Assembly (NCBI GenBank): GCA_964404245.1
Contig: CAYOJN010000001.1
Location: forward strand, 1 to 45,488
DNA length: 45,488 nucleotides
Direction of reading: 5' to 3'
Source of the DNA: an uncultured Sphingosinicella sp.
GTDB taxonomy: Bacteria > Pseudomonadota > Alphaproteobacteria > Sphingomonadales > Sphingomonadaceae
Every line of letters starts with the position of its first letter. The first letter of the stretch is position 1. The translations under genes and the position numbers were made by a program. This document shows positions 10,120-18,879 of this stretch, piece by piece. Under the pieces are notes generated by a model. It worked only from the letters and a program-made list of their open reading frames with translations, had not been told where the DNA came from and did no database searches.

Positions 10120-10917
10120 ATGACCAAGTCCGACGACATGAGTTATGGCCAGTACCTGGCGCTCGACCCGGTGCTTTCTGCCCAGCATCCGATTTCGGAC
10201 CATCCGGACGAGATGCTGTTCATCATCATTCACCAGACCAAGGAGCTGTGGCTTAAGCAGACGATCCTTGAACTGAACCAGGCGCTGGACCTGATCCGAA
10301 GCGATCAGCTGATCCCGGTCCACAAGATCCTGTCTCGAGTATCGCGGATCCAGTCCGTCCTGACATTGAGCTGGGATGTGCTCGCCACTCTGACACCGAC
10401 GGATTATGTCAGCTTCCGGGACGTGCTCGGAAGCTCCAGCGGCTTCCAATCCGGCCAGTTCCGGCTGATCGAGTTCCTGCTTGGCCTGAAGGAAAGCGGT
10501 CATCTGCGCTTTCAGCCCGAGGGTAGCGCGCCGCACCGCGCCCTATTCGACGCTCTTCACCAGCCGAGCCTGTGGGACGAGGCCAATGCAGCCCTCGCCC
10601 GGGCCGGCTTCGATCTCCCCAAGTCTGCGCTCGATCGAGACTGGTCACAGCCCTATCAGCCGAACGAAGCCGTCGAAGCGGCCTGGGTCGATGTCTATCG
10701 TGACACGAAGGCTCACTGGCCTTTCTATCAGTTGGCCGAAAAGCTGGTCGACCTTGACGATTCGATGGCCGTCTGGCGCCACAAGCATGTCGTCACGGTT
10801 GAGCGGATCATCGGTCTGAAGCGCGGTACCGGTGGAACGCCCGGAGTTCCTTATCTCCAGTCGACCGTGTCCAAGCGCGCCTTTCCCGAACTCTGGTCGC
10901 TTCGCACCCGACTCTGA
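10120..10917 (+). CDS. kynA: Tryptophan 2,3-dioxygenase
   Basis: Y..YL.LD, DEMLFIIIHQTKELW, FRDVLGSSSGFQS, VERIIG.KRGTGGT.G..YL and FPELW. Confidence 0.96.
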   Translation: MTKSDDMSYGQYLALDPVLSAQHPISDHPDEMLFIIIHQTKELWLKQTILELNQALDLIRSDQLIPVHKILSRVSRIQSVLTLSWDVLATLTPTDYVSFRDVLGSSSGFQSGQFRLIEFLLGLKESGHLRFQPEGSAPHRALFDALHQPSLWDEANAALARAGFDLPKSALDRDWSQPYQPNEAVEAAWVDVYRDTKAHWPFYQLAEKLVDLDDSMAVWRHKHVVTVERIIGLKRGTGGTPGVPYLQSTVSKRAFPELWSLRTRL

Positions 10918-11280
10918 TCCGGAAGATCGGTCGGGCTGCCTGAAAAAGCTCATTCCCGAACGGCGTCACGCCTTTCGGAATTTGGCCTTGGCCCGAGACT
11001 TGAAGCAGAAGGCATCCGACTGATCGACCCCATGCCTTACATCGGCTTCATGAGCCTGGTGGTGAATGCCAGGCGCCTGCCTTGCCGATCATCGACGCCC
11101 ACCAGAATGAGGACAGGAGAGAAGATCGCCGCCGGATACTGTGGCTCGGAAGGGTTCTACTTCACTCATCCAGCAATTCCGTTCTCCTGGCTGAATGTCC
11201 CCTTCTGATGCAGAAAGACGTTCGGTTGCACCGTCTTCTCCTTGCCACTGCGCCCGCCTTTCGACATGCTCCCGTTCGTC

Positions 11281-12072
11281 ATGAAAGACGCCCACGAGGT
11301 GCTCGGTGTGGCAGCGAATGCCGATGCGCGCGAAATTCGCGCCGCCTATATCGCACGCCTCCGGACGACCCATCCAGACCTGTGCGGGGATGGGCGCGGA
11401 GCCAGTGCCGAGTCGGTCAGCGAGATTGTTCGAGCCTATCGAACCTTGCGCTACGCGGCGCTGGGACGGAAGCGAATGGCCGAAAGCGACGTCGTTCCGA
11501 TCCGGATTCGCGCTGTGCGCCCGACAGAGTCTCCGAAACGCCACCTCTCGGCACGCAGCCTGTGGGGACGAGCGGTCTCGATCCTGGTCCTGTTTCTCGC
11601 TATGGGCGCCGTATTCTACATCTCAACGTCCTTGCCTCAGTCAAATCGGATCCTGAAGGCAGCGGAGCGTCCGATCACGACCGCAAAGGCCCCGGCCTGG
11701 ATCGAACTGGAGGCGATCGACCTGGGCGTGCTGAGCGAGGCGGTCGCCGATGCGCGCGCCTTCACCGTCGACAGCAGCGTCGCTCGTCTCGAACAGCACA
11801 GCCGCCGATGCTTCTCCCGGCTCGAACGGGCACCAAGCGTGAAGATGCTGGATTATTGCCTCGCATTCGACAGTGCGGCGACGAGCCTGAATGGCACTGC
11901 CGGCCCGACCCGGGCGACTGATCAGGAAAGCTTCTTTCACCCGGGCCAGATGAGCGTCCGGCACGGCCAGGCCCTTCGACTGCTGTTTCCGGACAAGGCG
12001 GCGGCCGATGCCCGCCATTCAGAGGTTGAGGCGCGCGCCACGTCGGAACTGATCCGGGCGCTTCCGATCTGA
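11281..12072 (+). CDS. Membrane-anchored J-domain protein, paralog 1
   Basis: N-terminal J-like domain HEVLGV...EIRAAY...HPD...AYRTL, one TM helix (AVSILVLFLAMGAVFYI) and a C-terminal HSRRCF...LDYCLAFD domain. Confidence 0.85.
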   Translation: MKDAHEVLGVAANADAREIRAAYIARLRTTHPDLCGDGRGASAESVSEIVRAYRTLRYAALGRKRMAESDVVPIRIRAVRPTESPKRHLSARSLWGRAVSILVLFLAMGAVFYISTSLPQSNRILKAAERPITTAKAPAWIELEAIDLGVLSEAVADARAFTVDSSVARLEQHSRRCFSRLERAPSVKMLDYCLAFDSAATSLNGTAGPTRATDQESFFHPGQMSVRHGQALRLLFPDKAAADARHSEVEARATSELIRALPI

Positions 12073-12184
12073 CCGGGACGACCTCGGGCTTGCCCATCGT
12101 TCGAACCGCTTGACTTGCCGGCCTGATCGCCGCGAAAGGGCGGGCGGATGTGGCCCGACATCCGTTCAGTCACAGGAAGGTAAT

Positions 12185-13459
12185 ATGAGCCGGTCATCCA
12201 GTCCGCGCGTGGTCGTGATCGGCCTCGGCTATGTAGGTCTACCACTCGCCGTGGCGCTTGCCCGTCACTTCCCGGTCCTCGGGCTGGACGTGGATTCCCG
12301 CCGGATAAAGGAACTTCGCGAACATCACGATCGCACTCGCGAAATCGAGCCAGAGGCCCTTGCCCGGAGCGAACTGAAGCTGACGGATCAGTCCGCCGAT
12401 TGCACCGGCGCCGACATCTATATCGTGACGGTCCCCACTCCGGTGGACGAGGATTGCAAGCCTGACCTCGCGCCCGTGGTCGGCGCGACACGGACGGTCG
12501 CCGGGCTGATCGATCCGACCCGCACCCCGATCATCGTCTATGAAAGCACGGTCTATCCAGGGGTGACGGAGGAGATTTGCGGCCCCCTGATCGAGGAAGT
12601 TTCGGGTCTGCAGCGCGGCCGCGACTTCTTCCTGGGCTATTCGCCGGAGCGGATCAATCCGGGCGATCGCGAACATACGGTCGACCGGATCGTCAAGGTC
12701 GTCGCCGGCGAGAATGAACAGGTGACCGAAAAGCTGAGCGCGCTTTATGGCGTCGTCACCAGCGCCGGCGTGTTCCCGGCCGCCTCGATCAAGGCTGCGG
12801 AGGCGGCCAAGGTGATCGAAAATGCCCAGCGCGACATCAACATCGCCTTCATGAACGAAATCACCCAGATCTTTTCGCGCCTTGACCTGTCGATCTGGGA
12901 CGTCCTCGAAGCTGCCGGTACCAAGTGGAACTTCCTCAAGTTCCAGCCCGGCCTTGTCGGCGGCCACTGCATCGGGGTGGATCCTTATTATCTGAGCTTT
13001 CGGGCCAAGCAGCTGGGGATCGACCCCAACGTCATTCTTGCGGGCCGATCGATCAACGACGGAATGGGCCGCTGGGTCGGCGATCGCCTTCATGAGCGCC
13101 TCGGAAAGGCGGGCAGCGCCCTGGTGATGGGCCTGACCTTCAAGGAGAATGTCCCCGACCTCCGCAACAGCAAGGTGATCGACGTCATTCGCCGCCTCGA
13201 GGCGCTCGGCCATGAGGTCACGGTCCACGACCCGCTTGCCGACCCGGCCGAGGCCCGCCACGAATTCGGGATCGAGCCTGACTCCGGTGCGCTCGGAAAA
13301 AGTTATGACCTGGTTGTCGTCGCGGTTCCCCACGAAGCCTATGGCGCGCTGGACGATGAAAGCATCGACCGGATGGTCGCCAAAGGCGGCCTCCTCGCCG
13401 ACCTCAAGAATCTCTACAAGGATCGGGCGCTGGACGGGATCAGCCGCTGGACGCTCTGA
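12185..13459 (+). CDS. Nucleotide-sugar dehydrogenase (UDP-HexNAc 6-dehydrogenase, TviB/WbpO-like)
   Basis: GLGYVGLP, VYESTVYPG, YSPERINPG, KVIENAQRD, catalytic GGHCIGVDP and GLTFKEN..DLRNS. ATG 12185 follows GGAAGG. Confidence 0.95.
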   Translation: MSRSSSPRVVVIGLGYVGLPLAVALARHFPVLGLDVDSRRIKELREHHDRTREIEPEALARSELKLTDQSADCTGADIYIVTVPTPVDEDCKPDLAPVVGATRTVAGLIDPTRTPIIVYESTVYPGVTEEICGPLIEEVSGLQRGRDFFLGYSPERINPGDREHTVDRIVKVVAGENEQVTEKLSALYGVVTSAGVFPAASIKAAEAAKVIENAQRDINIAFMNEITQIFSRLDLSIWDVLEAAGTKWNFLKFQPGLVGGHCIGVDPYYLSFRAKQLGIDPNVILAGRSINDGMGRWVGDRLHERLGKAGSALVMGLTFKENVPDLRNSKVIDVIRRLEALGHEVTVHDPLADPAEARHEFGIEPDSGALGKSYDLVVVAVPHEAYGALDDESIDRMVAKGGLLADLKNLYKDRALDGISRWTL

Positions 13460-13506
13460 AGCCCTCTCCGTTTGAGGAAGTGGTAAGGTAGCCTGGTGCG
13501 ACCGGC

Positions 13507-14508
13507 TTAGCTGGCAATACCGTGATAGGCCTTGTACCAGTCGACGAAGCGCGGGATCCCCTCGTCGATCGTCGTCATGGGCTCGAATCCGATATCGCGC
13601 TGAATGGCACCGATATCGGCGAAGGTATCGCGAACATCTCCCGGCTGCATTTCCACGAGTTGCCGGTCGGCCTTGCGTCCGCAAGCCTGCTCGATCAGGT
13701 CGATCATCCTGGTGAGTTCTTCCGACCGGTGATTGCCGATGTTGTAGAGGCGATGCGGGCCTCGGCTTCCGCCGGCCTTTTCGATGCCATCGTCTGCAGG
13801 CGGATGATCGAGCGCCGCGATGATTCCGGTGACGATATCGTCGATATAGGTGAAGTCGCGGCGCATATTCCCTTCACCGAAAACCTGGATTGGCTCTCCC
13901 GCCAGGATCGCCCTGGTGAAAATCCACATCGCCATGTCCGGCCTTCCCCAGGGCCCGTAGACAGTGAAGAATCGAAGCCCGGTCTGCGGAAGCCGGTAAA
14001 GATGGGAATAGGTTTCGCTGATCAGTTCGTCCGACTTCTTCGTCGCGGCGTAGAGAGAGAGCGGGTGATCGACTCGATCCTCTACTCTGAACGGCAGATT
14101 GTCATTGCCACCATAGACCGAGGAGGAAGACGCGTAGACGAAATGGCGAACGCCGCGATGGCGCGCTTCTTCGAGCATGTTGAGATGCCCGACCAGGTTC
14201 GACTGCATATAAGCCCGAGGATTCTCGATCGAATAGCGTACTCCGGCCTGGGCGCCGAGATGGACGATCCGGTCAAACTCCTTCCCCTCCAGCGCCGACG
14301 CGAGGGCCCGGTCGTCCGAAAAGTCCACTTCAAGGAAATCAAAGCCATTATGACGGCGCTTGAGTTCGGCAAGCCGATCCTTCTTCAGCTTCACCCCATA
14401 ATAATCGTTGACGCTGTCAAGCCCGATCACGTGCTCCCCGCGCGCCATCAGACGCTCGCTGACATGAAAGCCAATGAAGCCGGCGGCGCCGGTCACGAGG
14501 ATGGTCAT
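13507..14508 (-). CDS. UDP-glucuronate 4-epimerase-like extended SDR
   Basis: GAAGFIG, HLGAQAGVRYS, ASSSSVYG, YAATKK and RFFTVYGPWGRPDM. Confidence 0.95.
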   Translation of the reverse strand: MTILVTGAAGFIGFHVSERLMARGEHVIGLDSVNDYYGVKLKKDRLAELKRRHNGFDFLEVDFSDDRALASALEGKEFDRIVHLGAQAGVRYSIENPRAYMQSNLVGHLNMLEEARHRGVRHFVYASSSSVYGGNDNLPFRVEDRVDHPLSLYAATKKSDELISETYSHLYRLPQTGLRFFTVYGPWGRPDMAMWIFTRAILAGEPIQVFGEGNMRRDFTYIDDIVTGIIAALDHPPADDGIEKAGGSRGPHRLYNIGNHRSEELTRMIDLIEQACGRKADRQLVEMQPGDVRDTFADIGAIQRDIGFEPMTTIDEGIPRFVDWYKAYHGIAS

Positions 14509-14609
14509 TCGGTCCTGCCCGTTTTGATTGCTTCGGCTGCGCTTAGGGTGGGGCGCACTCCAAATGCAAGCGGTGGACTTGGATGGCCTTTCTCCCCTAA
14601 TCCCCGAGG

Positions 14610-16418
14610 GTGTCGGAACCGGCCGAAAAACTGACTGCCGAGCCCGGCATCTGGGGGGCCTTGCGGGCCATCATCGCCATGGCCGAACCCTCCAGGCGCC
14701 GCCAACTCCGGCTGACCGTCGCGTTGATGATCGTCGGAGCGATCGCGGAGATGGTCACGATCGGTGCGGCCTTGCCCTTCCTTGCCTTGCTCGCGGATCC
14801 GGAAGGCGCCTCCCGGATCCCGGCCGTTCGAACCGTTCTCGACCTGCTCGGCTGGAGTGGCGATGCTGACCTTCTTCTTCCTGCGGCTCTGCTTCTGGTT
14901 TCCGCAGCGATCCTCGCCGGGGCCGTGCGTTTGCTCCTGGCCTGGAGCAGCAACGCCTTCGTCTTTCGGCTGGGCCACGATCTCAGCGTCGCTTTGTTCT
15001 CCCGGGTGCTTCGTCAACCCTATCTCTATCATATCCAGCGCAACAGCGCCGAGGTGATCGCCGGCGTTGAAAAGGTGCAGGAGGCGCTCTTTTCGGTGCT
15101 TCTTCCGGTCATGCAAGGGGCGGTTGCCGCTTTCATCGCCATGTTCGTGATCGCGCTTCTGATCGCCATCGATCCTTTCCTGGCGGCCTGTTCCGCGGCC
15201 GCCATCGCAAGCCTCTACCTCGCTCTCAGCCTCGTCCTGAAAGGCAAGCTCCAGGCCAATTCGAGGCTGATCGGCGAAGCGCACATCCTTCGGATCAAGC
15301 AATTGCAGGAGGGCCTGGGAGGAATCCGCGACATATTGATCGACCGGTCCCATACGGTGTTCGAAGATGCGTTCCGAACCGTCGATGACCAGCTTCGCCG
15401 GGCACAGATGACGAACACCTTCCTTGCAACGGCCCCCCGCTTCATCATCGAAGCCGGTGCGATCGTCCTTATCGCCTTGCTTGCCCTCTACATGAGCGGA
15501 CAGCCCGGCGGCCTGGTGCGCGCGATTCCCGTCCTCGGGGGCCTTGCCATCGGTGCCCAGCGCCTGCTTCCGCTCCTTCAGACGATCTATATGGCGTGGA
15601 GCCGGACCGCCGGATCGAAACAGAGCCTGATCGATATTGCCGAGCTGCTTTCCGCGCCCTTGCCGTCAGCACCGCCGACAGAGCGGGCGATGCCCTTCAC
15701 TCGTCAGATAGAGTTCGACCGGGTCGACTTTCATTATCCGGGCAGTCGCCGGCAGGGCCTGAACGAAGCCAGTTTCACAATCGCAAAAGGCGAGTGGATC
15801 GGTCTTGTCGGCAAGACCGGAAGTGGAAAAAGCACCTTGCTGGATCTCGCCATGGGGCTTCTGTCGCCGTCCAGCGGCGAAATCCGGATCGACGACGATC
15901 GCCTGGACGAAAGCAATCGGGCGTCGTGGCAGGCGCAGATCGCCCATGTCCCCCAATTCATCTATCTTGCCGATTCCACTATCGCCGAGAATATAGCTTT
16001 CGGAGAGGAGGCCGGAGGGATCGATCGCGATCAGGTCCGGTCGGCGGCGAAGGTCGCTCAGATCGATGATTTCATCCAGGGTCTTCCCGACGGCTATGAA
16101 ACCCGAATCGGTGAGCGCGGGGTTCGCCTGAGCGGCGGCCAGCGGCAGCGGATCGGGATTGCTCGAGCTCTCTACAAGAGTGCAGATATACTGGTTCTGG
16201 ATGAGGCGACGAGCGCTCTCGACGGCGAGACCGAGAAGGAAGTCATGAGCGCTCTTCGCCGTGAAGCTCCCGGACTGACCATGCTCATTGTCGCCCACAG
16301 GCTCACCAGCCTGTCCGGCTGCGATCGGCTGGTCCGACTGGAAGAGGGCCGGATCACCGGAATCGAGGAACTCCCGGAGGCTCGCCGACTCTCGCCGCGC
16401 GATCGGCTGCAGCCTTGA
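14610..16418 (+). CDS. ABC transporter permease/ATP-binding protein, PglK/HepA-like glycolipid flippase
   Basis: N-terminal TMD plus NBD with Walker A GKTGSGKST, LSGGQRQR and ILVLDEATSALD. No C39 peptidase domain. Located in the glycan locus. Confidence 0.88.
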   Translation: MSEPAEKLTAEPGIWGALRAIIAMAEPSRRRQLRLTVALMIVGAIAEMVTIGAALPFLALLADPEGASRIPAVRTVLDLLGWSGDADLLLPAALLLVSAAILAGAVRLLLAWSSNAFVFRLGHDLSVALFSRVLRQPYLYHIQRNSAEVIAGVEKVQEALFSVLLPVMQGAVAAFIAMFVIALLIAIDPFLAACSAAAIASLYLALSLVLKGKLQANSRLIGEAHILRIKQLQEGLGGIRDILIDRSHTVFEDAFRTVDDQLRRAQMTNTFLATAPRFIIEAGAIVLIALLALYMSGQPGGLVRAIPVLGGLAIGAQRLLPLLQTIYMAWSRTAGSKQSLIDIAELLSAPLPSAPPTERAMPFTRQIEFDRVDFHYPGSRRQGLNEASFTIAKGEWIGLVGKTGSGKSTLLDLAMGLLSPSSGEIRIDDDRLDESNRASWQAQIAHVPQFIYLADSTIAENIAFGEEAGGIDRDQVRSAAKVAQIDDFIQGLPDGYETRIGERGVRLSGGQRQRIGIARALYKSADILVLDEATSALDGETEKEVMSALRREAPGLTMLIVAHRLTSLSGCDRLVRLEEGRITGIEELPEARRLSPRDRLQP

Positions 16419-16448
16419 GCTCTTGCCCTTCGGCCGGCATTGGCGCTC

Positions 16449-17210
16449 ATGCCCAGCGATCATGAGCTGCTTGGAATAGGCCCGGACGCCGGGCCAGCCG
16501 AGGTTCGTGCGGCCTATATCGCTGCGCTCAGGCGCCTTCACCCCGATTCCGGCGGAAGTGCCGGCGATGCCCAGAAAGTCAGCGAGCTGGTCGGCGCCTA
16601 TCGCCGGCTGCGAGGCGGCAAGAGACGACGCATCTCGCTGACTCCCATGACGGTCCCTACTGAACCGCGACCCGCCCGACCCGTCTGGTGGGCAGGCCTT
16701 GCATTGCTCGTCCTGATCGCCGCCGCGGTCGCTCTTGCCGCCCTCATTCTCCTTCCTCGTCGCGACTTGCCCCGTTCATGGCCCGATCCCGCCCCTTCAA
16801 CCGAGCAGACCGATTCCAGAACCGCCCTTGCAGAGCCGGATGAGGGAAGCGTGCGCCAGGCCGTGGGCATGCTTCAGTCCTTCGATCCTCGTGCCGATGC
16901 CCAGGCCGTCGAGGATCATAGCAGAAGCTGCTTTTCTGAACTTGAGGGCCAGCCCGACCTTCGGCTGCTCGATTATTGCCTTGCCTTCGATCTCGCCGCG
17001 ACCCGAAGCCGGGCGTTTTTCAGCCGGCCAGAGGCCGTTCCAGGCTATTTTCGATCCGCCTCGCTTGCCGCTCGCCAGTCGGGCGCGCTCGAACGGCTGG
17101 TCGGGACCGGCCCGTCCGCCCGCATCCGGCTGGCGAGGATCGACACCCTTGTCCAGACCGCCCTTGGTGGCTCAGTCAGCTTTGGCGATCCTCTTTTCGG
17201 GCCGAGATGA
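16449..17210 (+). CDS. Membrane-anchored J-domain protein, paralog 2
   Basis: HELLGI...EVRAAY...LHPD...AYRRL, TM helix (WWAGLALLVLIAAAVALAALILL) and C-terminal HSRSCF...LDYCLAFD. Confidence 0.85.
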   Translation: MPSDHELLGIGPDAGPAEVRAAYIAALRRLHPDSGGSAGDAQKVSELVGAYRRLRGGKRRRISLTPMTVPTEPRPARPVWWAGLALLVLIAAAVALAALILLPRRDLPRSWPDPAPSTEQTDSRTALAEPDEGSVRQAVGMLQSFDPRADAQAVEDHSRSCFSELEGQPDLRLLDYCLAFDLAATRSRAFFSRPEAVPGYFRSASLAARQSGALERLVGTGPSARIRLARIDTLVQTALGGSVSFGDPLFGPR

Positions 17211-17949
17211 ACCAGCGTTCCTCGCCCTCAAGGCCAATCGCGGTCAGTACTCCGCTTCGATAGGCACCGGTATCGAGCGCGATCCGGTTTGGATGCTCTT
17301 CGGGCGCTGAAACAATGGTGTGGCCATGCACCACCATCACGCCATGGTCGGTGCGGTCGTCGAGAAAGCCTTCGCGAATCCAGCGAAGATCCCGATCGCT
17401 CTGATCCTCGATAGGCACCCCCGGCCTGATGCCGGCATGGACGAAGAGATAATCACCGAAACGAAAGCTGTCCGCCATCCCGGCAAGGAAATCGTGATGG
17501 GATGGAGGAACGGCCATTCGAAGTCGCGACCTTATGTCCGCGGCGCTCGAATTCATGATCCAGCCACTGCTCAGGCCATAGCTCTCGCAGCATTCATAGC
17601 CGCCATAATTCAGCCAGTGAGTGACGACATCTTCCTCGCCGTCGAGGATTCGGAGCAGGAATTCCTCGTGATTACCCTTGATGAAGATGGGCCGGGCAAA
17701 GGCCGGCGGAGACATGGCGAGATGATCGACGACCGCCCTCGAATCGGGGCCGCGATCGACGAGGTCGCCGAGAAAGACGATATAAGTCCGGCCTTGGGGG
17801 CGCGCTTCATTGTCGCGTTCGATCAGATCCAGCAGCTCAAGAAGCAGGTCGTGGCGCCCGTGGATGTCCCCGATCGCATAGGCACGGCTGTTCGGCGGAG
17901 CGCTCGGCCTCTTCTTATTCGAAAGCCCGAACAGTCGGCGGAACACCAA
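17176..17949 (-). CDS. PPP-family metallophosphoesterase (Ser/Thr-type protein phosphatase)
   Basis: GDIHG, GDLVDRG, GNHE, FVHAG, VHGHT and DTGA motifs. Confidence 0.93.
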   Translation of the reverse strand: MVFRRLFGLSNKKRPSAPPNSRAYAIGDIHGRHDLLLELLDLIERDNEARPQGRTYIVFLGDLVDRGPDSRAVVDHLAMSPPAFARPIFIKGNHEEFLLRILDGEEDVVTHWLNYGGYECCESYGLSSGWIMNSSAADIRSRLRMAVPPSHHDFLAGMADSFRFGDYLFVHAGIRPGVPIEDQSDRDLRWIREGFLDDRTDHGVMVVHGHTIVSAPEEHPNRIALDTGAYRSGVLTAIGLEGEERWFISARKEDRQS

Positions 17950-18134
17950 TTTACCCTTTCATGATTGCGGCAGCGGCCTATATCGGCGCGCCCCCGGTCG
18001 TTACAAGACGGTCGAAGGCGGTTCTGCGGCGCCCCGGACAGGAGCATCGACGGTACACGCCGGGCATTGCAGGGGGCTGTGCTCGAACAAGGCTATGTTG
18101 TACAAAGACCTGTTGTTCAGGGAAGGATGTGGGC

Positions 18135-18851
18135 GTGCGTTCCGAATTTCTGGCCGGTCGGCCTGATCGCAAGCTGATTGCCGCGCTGATTGCGGCGGTG
18201 CTGATTCTTGGCGGCTGTTCGGCCGGCCGGGGCGGAAGCGTTCCTTACGAACCGGCCAATTTCGGCCCTCCCGACATGGAAGCGCTCGCGATCCCGCTTT
18301 CGCAGCAGCGCATTGCTCCAATGGACAAGCTCAATATCACTGTTTTTCAGGTCGAGGACCTGTCCGGCGAATTCCAGGTCGACCCCAATGGCAATCTCCA
18401 GTTTCCGCTGATCGGGACGGTCGAGGCCCGGGGAAAGACCCCCGAGGAACTCAAGCAGGTCCTCACCGGCCTCCTGTCGGAAGGCTATCTGCGCAATCCC
18501 GATATCCGGGTCGCGATCACTGAGCCTGCCGAGCAGACCATCACCGTCGATGGTGCAGTCAAGGAGCCGGGCGTTCTCCCGATCCGCGGCGCGACCACCC
18601 TGATCCAGGCCGTTGCCCTGGCCAAGGGAACGACGGAAGACGCCAATCCTTCGCGGGTGGTCGTGTTCAGGACGATCGATGGCCAGCAAATGGCAGCAGC
18701 CTTCGATCTCAAGGCGATTCGGCGCGCGGAAGCGGAGAATCCGACCATTTACGGCAACGACATCGTGGTGGTCGACGGCACCAATAGCCGTCGCCTGTTG
18801 CGGGATGTTCTTGCCACTCTTCCGGTTCTCGGCTTATTCCGGCCCTATTAA
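18135..18851 (+). CDS. wza: Polysaccharide export outer-membrane lipoprotein (Wza/OPX)
   Basis: Lipobox LGGC, Poly_export motif D.LNITVF...G...FPLIG.V.A.G.T..EL and an SLBB region (TVDGAVKEPG). GTG start is approximate. Confidence 0.93.
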   Translation: MRSEFLAGRPDRKLIAALIAAVLILGGCSAGRGGSVPYEPANFGPPDMEALAIPLSQQRIAPMDKLNITVFQVEDLSGEFQVDPNGNLQFPLIGTVEARGKTPEELKQVLTGLLSEGYLRNPDIRVAITEPAEQTITVDGAVKEPGVLPIRGATTLIQAVALAKGTTEDANPSRVVVFRTIDGQQMAAAFDLKAIRRAEAENPTIYGNDIVVVDGTNSRRLLRDVLATLPVLGLFRPY

Positions 18852-18879
18852 GCTCAAGGCTTATACTCAGGATTCACCA

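Noticed and set aside
11082-11921. Alternative-frame 279-aa ORF overlapping the J-domain gene
   Set aside because: Arg/Pro/Gly-rich with no motifs; a typical off-frame ORF in GC-rich DNA.
12239-13684. Long antisense ORFs (also 13522-14634, 18874-20799, 25487-27160, 29313-30368, 43059-44276)
   Set aside because: Shadow ORFs opposite well-supported genes, produced by GC-rich codon bias; no recognisable domains.
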